Source of the DNA: Takakia lepidozioides
Lineage: Eukaryota > Plantae > Bryophyta
Assembly: GCA_030704615.1 (NCBI GenBank)
Contig: CM060732.1
Coordinates: forward strand, 58,652,001-58,716,000
Length of the DNA stretch: 64,000 nucleotides
Direction: 5' to 3'
In this document: in pieces, positions 48,110 through 60,364 of the stretch
How positions within the stretch are numbered: position 1 is the stretch's first letter
Layout: every line of letters starts with the position of its first letter
Translations under genes and position numbers: made by a program
The notes under the pieces: model-generated
Database searches by the model: none
What the model was told of the DNA's origin: nothing
Seen by the model: only the letters and a program-made list of their open reading frames with translations

Positions 48110-51100
48110 GTGCAGGCTTGCGGGAGCGAAACGGCCTCGCAAGCCACGCGCTCCGAAGGAAAAAACTAGGGATCAAGGTCCTGCAAGGCAAAGTGCCAGA
48201 CTGAAGACGATGAAGACTACGATTCTGCATGATGACTCTTCTGAGGACGATGAGGACGATCCACTCCTCCCACGCCAGTGCGAGGCGAGTGCGTCATCGG
48301 CGGATGCCACGACGAGCCGAGGAGAACATGCCCAGGCTCATGTCGCAGGACAAAAACGCCCATCATCTACACTATGAACACCTTCTTCGTCTGTGAGTTA
48401 TAGTTCTTCACAATGACCATGATTCAAATTATGTATGTTTTTGGTAAAATCACGAAGAGATAGGGTATGGTAAGATCATGAAGAGATAGGGTATGTCTGT
48501 CAAGACAGGGAAGTTGGACAATGCAGGGGTCAGCCAAGGCACAATCACAAATGATTTCCACTAGACAAGTTGAAGTGCCGAAGGCATGATGTCAGCCCAA
48601 TGTAGACTTCAGGTGTGTTCAAATTCTTTGCGCACCCCATAAAACCAACGTCCTGGTACTAAGCTACAATGGCTACTTATAGAGATACTTGGGTTACTTA
48701 TGCACCCAGAATATCAGTAAAACTTGGAGGGATACTTCTCATGGACCCATCAGGTTTGTCCATTTGAATTCTTGCTATGGATTTCAGAACACCCCATACC
48801 TAAGAGGTTCAAAAATGTACTGGGAGGACATCATTGGGGCCAATCAAATTTGGGAGATTTACTGCCCAAGATCATACTGAGTTTTGGGTAATCTTGTCTT
48901 TACAAATCATATGTGCTTCCAGTTTGTTATCTTGAATTCAAGGATTTGTTGTTTGCTGCCTATATGTATGTGTAATCACCCACATTGTACTGGAATTTCT
49001 TTTCAGGGCAAGCACAAGCGCACTGGATCCACGATCCCTGCTGCTAGCAATGGAGATGGCGCCCACAAGAACGCAGGAGGTGGCCCTAACTCTCCCATCG
49101 TTGTGGGTTCTGTGCCACCAGTACCCCCACCTTATTATGGTATGCCTCAGTACCCACAGTCTGGCACTCAGTATGGTCAATATGGTGCTCCTCCATATGG
49201 GCAGTATGGCCAGTATCCTCCTCCACCATATTTGCCACCCCTAATAGCTATGGGGGTGGCAGGCCATCGGAATATCCTCCTGCTTATGGACAGTATGGCC
49301 AGTATGGTCCTCGACCTTCTGGCCAACAGCCATGGCCACCAGTACTTGGCAGGATCCTGCTTTGAATTCTCCTGAGCGCACGGAGGTCTCTGAAGGAGGG
49401 GAGGGTGCCGTTTCAAAGAATGATAGAACCAATGCTTTAAGGAGGGCTAATAGCTCAGCCAAAATTGAAGCTGCCAAGGTGAAGGAAGAGAGAATAGCTG
49501 CAGGTCTTCCTCCACGGTGATTTGACGAACCTCAAAGGAGCCCCGTATGGTCAGACCCGGAATGTATGGCACGCTGCCCTTAAAGGACAGGCTTATCGCA
49601 AGCTAGATTGTTCCCTTGCCATCAACAACCAACCTGATGAACTTGTATACGAAATCAGAGATCACCTGGCTAAGCTATTTTCATATACGCCACACAAGTT
49701 AAAAGACTTCCACCTAAAACAAACAATTGGCAGAATAATGAAGAGCCAGCGTTATGAAGCACACACTGCGTGGTTGGGTGGTAAGGGGAAACCCATTACT
49801 GTATCTGACGAGGTATGGAACAAGCTTGTAAGTTACTGGCAGACAGAGGTGTTCCACAAAGTGTCGGGCAACATGAAGAAGGCAAATGGTGCAATTCAAA
49901 ATCCTACCAAGACTGGCCGTGGTGGGAAGGCAATGGTGGAAGCACGCTTGGTAAGTGGCATCATCACGACTCTGTATTTTGTTCCTCATTGAATTGCTAT
50001 GTGTATATAGTCAGCCCTCACATTGCTTACTGACTTGTGGCATGGGTTTGTTGTGGCATGGATTAATTAATAGGAAACACTATCAGGGTGCCCTCCTACA
50101 TTATATGAAATTCAAGAGGGTTCAGGTCACGGTTGTCAGCTGGGAGTGACAGGCGGGTAAGTGTGTTTTCCACGTTTGCTAGAGTGGTTGCTGCATCATA
50201 GGTTGCTAGGGTTTTTTTCAAGGCTTTTGGCCTGGTTTTCTTTCCAATGGTTGTTCATGCTAGGTTTTTTTTGTTTGATTCATACTTGGGCAAGTTTTCA
50301 TGGATTGGCAGGAGGGAAGTCTCTCGCATATTCTACAGTAGTTGGCAGGATGGATGGCTTGGACAAACTGGTGGAATCACAAGGACGTGACATGGCAGAA
50401 TTAAAATTACAGATGCAGAGTATGATTGAGTACCAGAAAGCCATTGTGGCCAGATTGGGGATTAATCTACCAGGCGCAGGACCAGTGACATCTACGATGG
50501 ATACGTCTGCTGTGACAGTATCAAAATGTTTGGAATCCCAATTTCAGACGGTAACTGGTGCTCACTCTAAGCCCTTATGTCTTCTGTCACTGATGATCTT
50601 TTGAATTTGACCGAGCAGCAGCAGGATACAGGGAAGGCCAGCTGTGAGGTACACGTGGAAATTCAGCCCTTGCCACGTACAAACAAGTAGTAGCAGTCCA
50701 GGGGGCAATGGTGACAGAGCCGCCGGGCACACGGATTCTGGTATACAGGTATGTGGGAGTTTAAATGGGGAGGAAGATGCAGACGGGGACAAAACAAACA
50801 AGCAGGTTGCTTTAATTTCTCCTGCTCACATGTTGAAGCCAAATGACAGTTTACTTCCTGGACCACGAGGAAGCATTTACTAATTCTGGACTTAAATGGT
50901 CTGTTATGTGAATCTTTTCATTCTGCTAAGGGCCTGCATCCCTTCCCAAAGGTTTTGTGGGGAAGATGTGTGGCAAGAAGATGGTAGTTTTGAGACCACG
51001 CTGTTATGACTTTTTGCAAAAGTGTTTTGAACACTTTGAGGTGGCGGTGTGGTCTTGTTGCCAAGCTCGCAACTTTTCCCAATGGTGGACTATATTTTGC

Positions 51101-52238
51101 AGCCCACACTAAGCTGGTTTTCCAGTGGGATGCCCTTCACTGTGACGAGGATCCAGTCCCTCCCATGCCGTAAGGGGTCTGATTCAAAGCCATTATATTT
51201 CAAGAACTTGTCTAGAGTGTGGGCAGACTGGCCAGAATGGATTTATGAGGACACTGTTCTTGTTGACGACACACCAAGAAAGGCGGCAAAAAATCCTCCC
51301 TTCAGTGGGATTTTTCCAGAGCCATGGAAAGTGCAACCAGATTCACCAACTGATGAGTATCTAACAGAGGTGTTGTGGCCTTTCTTGTGGAAGGCATCGA
51401 AAGCTGCCAGTATTCCCAAGTTTTTGGAGTCTCAGCCTTTTTTCGGACAACAACCATACAACACTGCTACTGTGAAGGTACAAACATTCTGACAGTGCTC
51501 TAGAGGCTACAAGGTTTGTGGGTTCATTCATTGCATTGCTTTCCTGGATGCTTCTCCTCGGTTGCTTGATTAATGCTAGGTTTTCTTTGCAGGTTTTCAT
51601 GTTGGCTTTTTTTGTTTGATTCATACTTGGATTTTGTTTCTATTCACTATTCCTGTTTGCTCATTGCTTTCCTGGTTGTTCTCTGGTCTGTGACACAGGA
51701 ACTTGTGACAAACAAAGGTGATATTGTCGACAAGCCGGTACAGACCAGGGGCAAGAGTGTCGACCCGGTGAATAGCCCCCCAAAAGAGGTCTCACAACCA
51801 CTCGAGACTGCAAATGGAGTAAGTCCAGGGGTCTTGTCTGTAATTTTATTTTTTCCAACCTTGGGGCTCTCTTTAATTCGCAAATGTTGAGTGTCCTAGT
51901 CGTGTGTATGTCATGGGTTTTCATATCGTGTTCTTTTTTGTGTGGAGTTGGGATCACAGTTCAGGGTGGGTGACGAGGTTCGGTTGGATATGAACTCCAA
52001 ACGCAAGAAATGTGGAGTAGGGCTGATTGTTGCTCTTCAAGGTGCTGTGGTGGGTTACGGGTACCCTGCTGTGCCCCTTGATTATGCCTGTGTGTACATC
52101 AAAGAGGCATGTGTCAGTAACACCCCTCTACCATATGTGAATGGTGTTAGGAAACATACCGAGTTGGGGCAGGTGGTTGGCCAGACAACACTTTGGAGTC
52201 TAAAGTTACTGAAACTTATGGAGCTGCGGAAGGGATAG
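48110..52238 (+). pseudogene. CACTA second gene (TnpA/Ptta-like) carrying an FCP1/NIF-like HAD-fold domain; spliced and frameshifted
   Basis: A P/Y/G/Q-rich segment, a Transposase_24-like VSDEVWNKLVSYWQ..SGNMKK..TKTGRGG (49522-49950), then KHLLILDLNGLLC, VLRPRCYDFLQKCFEHFEVAVWS, FKNLSRVW and TVLVDDTPRKAAKNP (about 50868-51492). Confidence 0.75.
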
Positions 52239-52779
52239 TCAGTATTGCACTGTTTAACAGAGTTCTTGATTCTAATAGCACCAGAATATACTAGCTATAA
52301 CAATTCAACCCATGTGTGGGGTTGCTTGTTTTTGGCTGGGCCTTTTGAGGCATGGATTTTTGACCTTGTGGCTTTTGAGGTGTCCACTGGGACATTGGTC
52401 TCATTTGGATTTTTGTAATGTGATTTATAGGGCTTGTATTGCCCTGTAGTAGACTATTTTCATTCTTCTTGTGGTTGATAGTATGCAGGAGGGATCCATT
52501 CTGTTTTCATATTGGAATTTCACTATGTAATGAAGAATTTAAATAATTTAATTCACTTTTATTTTAAATAATAATATTAAAAATAAAACCATTTAAAAAA
52601 ATTTTCCAAGGCTGCAATCTCCCTGTTCTTTTAAATATTAAATGAAAACTAAACATTAAAAATATAAACTATTTCGGAAAACAATCTTGATGACACGTGG
52701 CATCACACCTGCTCAAACCAGAACACGTGGCAGTATATGACACGACATTCTTTATCCATATTTTCACCACGTGTAAAGA

Positions 52780-53200
52780 TCCGTAGTCATATATGCTAGT
52801 CATATATTTTGTCTGTGTGCCACATGTCACATCTCAAGTGCAACAGGTATCCCGCTAACAACTCTCCATGTAGACATCCCTGTAGTCATATGATCGAGTC
52901 ATGTAGTCACCACGTGTGAAATCTGCCATAGCACACGTGTCCCGCTAGCACCTCTCCATGTAGGCATCACTGTGCAGACATGTAGTCATATGATTATGGC
53001 AAGAAGTCGTGACATGTCAAATTCGCAGTGGCGCACGTGTCCATCCGTCGCCTCTCCATGTAGGCATCACTTTGCAGACATATAGTCATATGATCCCTTG
53101 ACGAATGCATGACGTGTCACTTGCGCAGTGGTGCACGTGTCCCGCTGAAGCCTCTCCATGTAGGCAGCGCTCAACAGACAATATAGTCATATATTAGTCA
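52780..53200. repeat. CACTA subterminal tandem repeats, four units of about 90-110 bp
   Basis: Recurrent CACGTGTCC..CTCTCCATGTAGGCATCAC..TAGTCATAT units. Confidence 0.75.
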
Positions 53201-53659
53201 TATAGTTGTGACTGCAACCCTCTCTGCATCAGGACTCCAGGTGCCACTCAAGCAGTCACGGATATGACTTGCCAAACGCAGTCCTAAAGACTAGTCGCTA
53301 TGACATGGTTTTTTTCACTACAGAGTGATGTAGTCATGAACACATGTAAGACTGAAAAAATAGTCATATGTGAAGTCATAAAAACGCTCATATGTTGTAG
53401 TGAACTAATCACACTAGTTCCTATGGTCAATTGCATCTGCTACTCTCTGTAATCTGACAGGCATTCATTTTTTTGCCTCGGTTGTCCCACCATTTACTGG
53501 GGTCAGCAAAGTATTCATCCCACAACTTCTCCTCATATCTGTTACTTGTTTTTGGATACTTTCATGTTGTCACATTGGCAGTATCATGTCAGAGTCATTC
53601 CAAACAAGATTCACTCAACCAGCTAACTTGCAGAATTCAACAGGGAAATTTAGGGCCAA

Positions 53660-56600
53660 TTCTGATAAGAAGGCAGCTCTGAAAATGTCGCCATGGACCT
53701 CGTTGCCCTTATCCAGATCTGCCGGGGCAGTGTGCAGAATGACATTTGGTACGGCTACATCAAAACATTTTGCATACATGTCCATCAGGATATTGTTCAG
53801 GATGATAGTTGGCACGGTTCTAGCTCTGGAGATGCCGCCTTGGGCCTCTTTGCCCTTTTCCAGATGTATCAGGACAGTGTGTAAAATGACATTAGGTATA
53901 GCTACAACAGAACCTGCAAGCATCGCATTCATCGTACACCATATCTCGTTTAGCCATAGTGACAAACACTCCATTTGCATCCTCGATGCACCCACATTTT
54001 GCATACATGTCCACCATGGTATTGTTTAGAGTGACAGTTGGTACAATTCCAGCTCTGAAGATGTCGCCTGGATGGACCTCATTGCCCATTTCCAGGTCTG
54101 CCAAGGTAGCGTGCAGAGTGACATTTGGTACAACTACAACAAAATCTTTAAGCATCGCATTCCACGATACCATATCTCGTTCAACCATAGTGGCAAACAC
54201 TCCCTTGGCATCCTTGATGCACCCACATTTTGTATACATGTCCACCATGGTATTGTTCAGAGTGACAGTTGGCACAATTTCAGCTTTGAAGATGTCGCCA
54301 TGGGCCTCTTTGTCCTTTCCCAGATCGGCCAGGGCAGTGTGTAGAGTGATATTTGGTACAACTACAGCAACACCTGCAGGCACCGCATTCCACGACACCA
54401 GGTCACGTTCAGCCATAGTGTCAAACATTCCTTTTGCATCCTCGATGCACCCGCATTTTGCATACATGTCCACTAGGGTATTGTTCAATGTGACAGTTGG
54501 TACAATTTCAGCTCTGAAGATGTCGCCATGGACCTCTTTTCTCTTTCCCAGATCTACCAGTGCAAGGTGTAGAGTGACATTTGGTACAACTACAGCAACA
54601 CTTGCAGGCATCGCATTCCACGACACCAAATCACGCTCAGCCATAGAGTCAGACATTCCCTTTGCATCCTCGATGCACCCACATTTTGCATACATGTCCA
54701 TCAGGGTATTATTCAGAATGACAGTTGGTACAATTCCAGCTCTGAAGATGTCGCCTGCATAGACCTTATTGCCCATTTCCAGGTCTGACAAGGTAGTGTG
54801 CAGAGTGACATTTGGTACAACTACAACAAAATCTTTAAGCATCGCATTCCACGATATCATATCTCGGTCAACCATAGTGACAAACACTCCCTTGGCATCC
54901 TTGATGCACCCACATTTTGCACCATGATATTGTTCAGAATGACAGTTGGTACAATTCCAGCTCTGAAGATGTCGCCATGGACCACTTTGCCCTTTCCCAG
55001 ATCTGCCAGGGCAGTGTGTAGAGTGACATTTGGAACAACTACAGCACCACCTGCAGGCATCGCATTCCAAGGCACTAAATCACATTCAGCCATTGTGTCA
55101 AACACTCCCTTAGCATCCTCGATGTACCCACATTTTGTATACATGTCCACCCACTACAGCAAATTGGGTGGGTTTGCGACGCCAGCCGCGCCCCCCACGC
55201 CCCCGCGGCGTTGTTGAGCCTGCGACGCCGAGCCCGCGGCGTTTTTTTGCGACGTCCCGGCGTCGCAATCTCCCCCTGCGACACCATTACGACGCCCAGC
55301 CGTCGTAAGGTGGCATGAAGGGGGAAAGATGGCCCTCGCTGCGACGGATTTTTTTCTTGCGACGCCCGACATTGGAATTTTTTTTAAAAAAAATATTTAA
55401 ATTTAATTTTTACGTTGCGACGCCAGGGCGTCGTTACAGCATCATCATAGTGAAAGTTTTTTTTTTTTTTTTGGGGCTTTGCGGCCCTCAACTTCACAAA
55501 AGCATCGTTGGGACGCCCAACGTTGCGACGACAGGGGTCGCAACGGCGTTGCCACATGGGTCGCATTGATGTTGTGGTCAGCTTAGGTCATCACAAGGAC
55601 GTCGCTTGGGGCGCCTGGCGGGTGGGGGGGTGCAACAACGGCGACGATGCTGGGGTTAGGGCTGGGGCTGGGCACTAAGGCTGTGGAGGTTGCAACTCCC
55701 CGGCGTCACAAGAGAGACCCTTAGAAGGAACTTGAAGGCTCTTGAAGGAAATCTTTATATGTGTATATATATATTTAGATTGCTTTTGTGATACATAGAT
55801 GTAGCGTAGGTGTATTGGTTAGTTTGTAGTATCTTAGAAATATTATAACATGGAGGTCTTAGGTTCAAGTATGCATTGCATGATATATGTAGAACAATGA
55901 ACATATTGCCATTAAATAGAACCGGAGAGTCAATGGTCAACAAGTTTTTGAAATTCAAATTGTGACGTCCGGGCATCGCACTTTGCGACCCCTGGACGGT
56001 GCTAATTCTGCGTTGCAAAACAGTTTTTTTTTTTTTTTTTTTTTTTCAAATAAAAATTTAAATATATATTTTAAATACAATTTTTTATTAATTTATTTAA
56101 ATATTTTTTAATCCGACGCCCGGGCGTCGCAAATTGCGTCGGCGTTGCAAATCGCGGTTTCGCCTATTTGCGACCCCCATTGCTCACAAATTTGCGACGT
56201 TTTTTTGGCGACGCCCTTGTGACGGGTTTGCGACGCTCAGGCGTCGCAAATTTGGGTTTCCCCCTGTCCGAAAAGGGTTGTTTTACGACGCCGGTGTGGC
56301 TGGGCGTCGCCCCCCCCCCCCCCCCCCCTTTTTTTTTTTTTTCCTGTAGTGACCAGGGTATTGTTCAGAGTGACAGTTGGCACAATTTTAGCTCTGAAGA
56401 TGTCGCCATGGGCCTCTTTGCCCTTTCCTAGATCGGCCAGGGTAGTGTGTAGAGTGATATTTAGTACAACTACAGCAACAGCTGCAGACACCTCATTCCA
56501 CGACACCAGGTCACGTTCAGCCATAGTATCAAACATTCCTTTTGCATCCTCGATGCACCTGCATTTTGCATACATGTCCACTAGGGTATTGTTCAGAGTG

Positions 56601-57290
56601 ACAGTTGGTACAATTTCAGCTCTGAAGATGTCGCCATGGACCTCTTTTCCTTTTCCCAGATCTGCCAGGGCAGGGTGTAGAGTGAAATTTGGTACAACTA
56701 CAGCAACACCTGCAGGCATCGCATTCCACGACACCAAATCATGCTCAGCCATAGAGTCAAACATTCCCTTTGCATCCTCGATGCACCCACGTTTTGCATA
56801 CATGTCCATCGGGGTATTATTCAAAATGACGGTTGGTACAATTCCAACTCTGAAGATGTTGCCTGCATGGACCTTATTACCCATTTCCAGGTCTGACAGG
56901 GCAGTGTGCAGAGTGACATTTGGTACAACTACAACAAAATCTTTAAACATTGCATTCCACGATACCATATCTCGTTCAACCATAGTGTCCAACACTCCCT
57001 TTGCATCCTCGATGCACCCACATTTTGCATACATGTCCGCCAGGGTATTGTTCAGTGACAGTTGGTACAATTCCAGCTCTGTAGATGTCGCCATGGGCCT
57101 CATTGCCATTGTCCAAATCTGCTAGGGTAGTGTGCAAAATGACAAATCTTCAAGCCTCGCATTCCACAACACCGTATCTCGTTCAACCATAGTGTCAAAC
57201 ATTCCCTTTGCATCCTCAATGCACCCACATTTTGCATACAAGTCCACCAGGGTATTGTTCATAATGAAAGTTAGTACAATTCCAGCGTTC
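53660..57290 (-). repeat. Tandem array of about 11-12 PPR-derived 228-231-bp (76-aa) units, interrupted by a CACTA element
   Basis: Unit RDLVSWNAMPAGVAVVVPNVTLHTALADLGKGKEVHGDIFRAEIVPTVTLNNTLVDMYAKCGCIEDAKGMFDTMAE. The CATCGCATTC-like marker recurs at about 53921, 54153, 54381, 54609, 54840 and 55058, and again beyond 56351. Confidence 0.9.
55152..56351. mobile_element. Non-autonomous CACTA element (1200 bp)
   Basis: Termini CACTACAG and CTGTAGTG, a perfect 3-bp TSD ACC (55149-55151 and 56352-56354) whose removal restores the PPR unit, and dense GCGACG/CGTCGC subterminal motifs. Confidence 0.95.
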
Positions 57291-57742
57291 CTTAGGGTCG
57301 TTTATAAGTAGGGGAGCTCCTGGGATGAAGCAAGACGACAATGAGAGGGGGTGTCACATCAGTGGGTGAAGGACGGGGGCTTAGAAAGAGAGAGAAGGAC
57401 GAAGTAAACACTGATTGGTGGGAGGGGGTAGAGGGTTTCATGTGTATAAGTGGGTATAAGTGGATTTGACTGATCATGAACCCAAATGGACCTCTTATGT
57501 GTGCTGCTTATGTCTGTAGTCCGGTAATGTCGGATTGGTCCACGAGAACCACCACAATGTAGCTGATCGAGCAGAGATTGAAACACGACCTGACTCTTCG
57601 AAGAACCTGGTAAACAGCAGGAAGAATACCAAATCATGGTACTAACAATCGCCAAGAGCCCACATTTGCAGAATGGACAAACTTCTTCACATCGTACATT
57701 GAGAAAAAGCCACACCTTGCGATTGCGGTTGTCCATCGTGAA

Positions 57743-57830
57743 GGTGGCCAAGCGCTTCCCATAGTAGTCGATGGCCACATCGTGCACCACATCTTCATGC
57801 CCCGATTCTAGGGTTTGAGTCCCTGTCTGC
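57743..57830 (-). pseudogene. SEC13: Isolated SEC13 N-terminal (first WD40) gene fragment
   Basis: QTLESGHEDVVHDVAIDYYGKRLAT matches the conserved Sec13 N-terminus. Similarity stops abruptly. Confidence 0.75.
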
Positions 57831-57839
57831 CCCCTATCC

Positions 57840-58010
57840 CACCAGCTCCGTTCGTCGTCTCTCATAATCAGACTCGACACTAAAACAAAACCAACATAGC
57901 TCCGCCCTGTTCGACGTCTCTCATGATCAGACTCGACACTATAAGAAAACAACACAGCTCCGCCCTGTTTGTCGTCTTTCACAATCAAACTCGACACAGA
58001 AAACAAACAG
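57840..58010. repeat. Three ~60-bp tandem repeats
   Basis: AGCTCCG..CGTCT.TCA.AATCAGACTCGACAC occurs three times. Confidence 0.7.
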
Positions 58011-58034
58011 ATGGCAGGGGAGACAAAAAAACGC

Positions 58035-58577
58035 TAAGTCCCCTCTAGTCATGACTGGATGGATGAATGTAGCTATAGATGGATGGATCTTGGGTTTTCC
58101 ATCAATACATCCATCCATTCATTTGTTTTTCCATTTTTGACCATCTTAAATTCCATTCATCCAAAATGAATCTTTAAATGAGTTTCACTGTCAGTTCATC
58201 CAATAGTTGCCAGCAAGGCGTTTGTTGTATCATTCGTTCATACGTTTATCCAATGCACAAAAGTTATGTTTGATACGTTCATCCAATAGTTGCCAGCAAT
58301 GCGTTTGTGTATCATTCGTTGAAATAATGCAGTTGTTTTGTTTCACTAACCTTAACCAGCAGTCGATTAGTTTACTGTTAATCTGTTGGACCAGTGAAAC
58401 AATAGTTAAATATTTTTACTACTTATTATCCTCATACTTAACACTGCGACCTAGCAACCCTAAATTCGAGCACATTCAACCTAATTCATCTTAGTTCATT
58501 CATCCTAGTTCACTCGTCCTAATTCATCCTAATCATTCGTTCATCCATTCATTCCTTCATTCACAAGGTGTGGCTTA
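58035..58577. mobile_element. Degenerate Tourist/PIF-like MITE
   Basis: Weak inverted ends flanked by TAA and TTA, GGATG motifs on the left and CATCC motifs on the right, and an internal ~43-bp duplication at 58197 and 58279. Confidence 0.4.
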
Positions 58578-58944
58578 GTGCCCGCGAGCAATGATATGTT
58601 GACACGTCGTCATTTGCAATCACATCCTGCATCTGTTTCTTCCATTTATGTTTGCATCGTCCACATAGACACTCCTTGGGCAACCGACAATCACCACGTG
58701 CAGTCGTGAATACTGGCAGTCATACATTCTCATGCCCACGTCATCATGTTGCAGTTTTGGCCATAACTCGTAGTCGTATCTACCATTTCCTTTATCTGGT
58801 CAAACATGCTTGACCGCAGATCCTGACGTGGCGGAAGTACAAGGTGGCATATACGACTTCTGGTGGTCACAATTGGCAACCATGACTGCTCCCTTGCATT
58901 TTGTAGACATATATGCTACGACTAGGCAAATGTGACAGACGTTA

Positions 58945-60364
58945 AAGCCCGGATCTGTTGTAGTGAATGTCTTGGGTGATGAATTCGCTCAGTGTACTCA
59001 CGTTTGACATTGTTAGCAACAAATCTTTTACATCCTCTTTTAGGCCACATCGAAACTGACTAATGAGGCTCTTTTCATTCCAGTCGAGGTCGCACGCAAG
59101 TTGTCGAAATTCGGCAGCATAAACAGAAGCTGGACGTGTTCCTTGTCGAAGATTTTGCTTCTTTGTCTCTGCAACTCTCTCTCTCTATCATTCTCTCCAA
59201 ACGTTGTAGTGAACTTGGACATGAACGCTTCAAAATTGTATAGTAAATGTGAATTTTTCTCTAATAGCGGTGCAAACCAAGATAGGGCAGTGCCTGATAG
59301 AAGGGTGCCCACGAATCCCACTCGAATACCTTCATCAGGGTAGCATTGTGGATGTAGTCGTAGGAACAATCGTACTTGTTGAACAAAACCGCGAAATCTT
59401 GATTCGTCCCATCAAATTTCTCGGGCATGCTGACCTTTGGTTCCCTTGTAATCTGTTGAAGATTTGAAGGAACCGTTGCAGTATGATTGGTTGTAGTAGA
59501 GACTCGTAAGGTTGAAGATCCATTGTTCGACTCCTTCAACTCTGAAATTTGTTGTTGCAAATTGTTGAGAGCGTTGTCAAGATCTTGAGACTGATCAGCT
59601 TGTAGTTGGGCAGTAGAGGCACGAAGTTCTTGCATCTGAAGCTAAAGACTCTGCAATGTGACGACCATTTCCGCAAATGTGCCTTCCATATTAACTAACT
59701 AAGGAACAAACTTCAGTCTCGCCAAACTGTAAAGGACGAGAACATGACTGAACACAAACAAAAGATCAGACTAGAGGTATAAGACTAGACAAGAAGTCAA
59801 GGTCGGCGTGGCCGAATGCATGATGAGTAAATATAAATCAAGACGATCTTTATAACAATGAACAAGAGTACAAAATACTGGAATACGACTTGAATATTGG
59901 AATGCTGGAAACTGGACTGGAGTACCAAATACTGGAAACTGGACTAGAGTACTGGGAACTGGACTGGAGTACTGAGAACTGGAAACAAGAGTAGCTAGAA
60001 CTGGTGTTGGCGAGACTGAAAAGTGTCCAGTCTCGCCTCCTATATATACTGGCTACTAGGAGGATCCCTAAGAGGCTTCCCCAAAGGAGGTTTCTTGATG
60101 AAGAAGTTTTCAAGATTAAACAAAGGTTTCTTGATGGAGAAGTTTCCTTAAACAAAGGAGGTATCTTGATGGAGAAGTTTTATCCAAATGAAGCTTCTTG
60201 AGCAGTTTCCCAAGTTACTCTCGGTAATTTGATAAACTCCCGGTAACTTAGTAACTTATGGTAACTTATGGTAATTTATGGTAAATCATGATAGATCACG
60301 GTAACTTTTGGTAACATGATAACTGAGTACTCCTAGTAAGTTCCTCTGGATTATGTCCGTGACA
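58945..60364 (-). mobile_element. Truncated Ty3/gypsy (chromovirus-like) retrotransposon: 5' LTR at 60364-59728, PBS and decayed gag
   Basis: The LTR begins TGTCACGGAC and ends GTCCTTTACA, with TATA at 60041-60048. Gag motifs include EPKVSMPEKFDG, LLSGTALSWFAPL and YAAEFRQLACDLDWNE. No pol or 3' LTR is present. Confidence 0.85.

Larger units (their letters stand above)
43104..53402. mobile_element. Rearranged ~10.3-kb CACTA DNA transposon
   Basis: TIRs CACTACAAGAGATGAGCGTTTTTAGGACT (from 43104) and AGTCATAAAAACGCTCATATGTTGTAGTG (ending 53402), with ATGACT/AGTCAT subterminal motifs at both ends. The flanking triplets GAC and AAC are not a perfect TSD. Confidence 0.9.

Noticed and set aside
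53959-57125. Long + strand ORFs (267, 139 and 258 aa) over the PPR array
   Set aside because: These are antisense shadows of the repeated - strand frame. A stop-free unit repeated in tandem gives long ORFs automatically.
52780-57290. Regular repeats as a possible CRISPR-like array
   Set aside because: The units are full tandem copies without unique spacers, the context is eukaryotic, and there are no cas genes.
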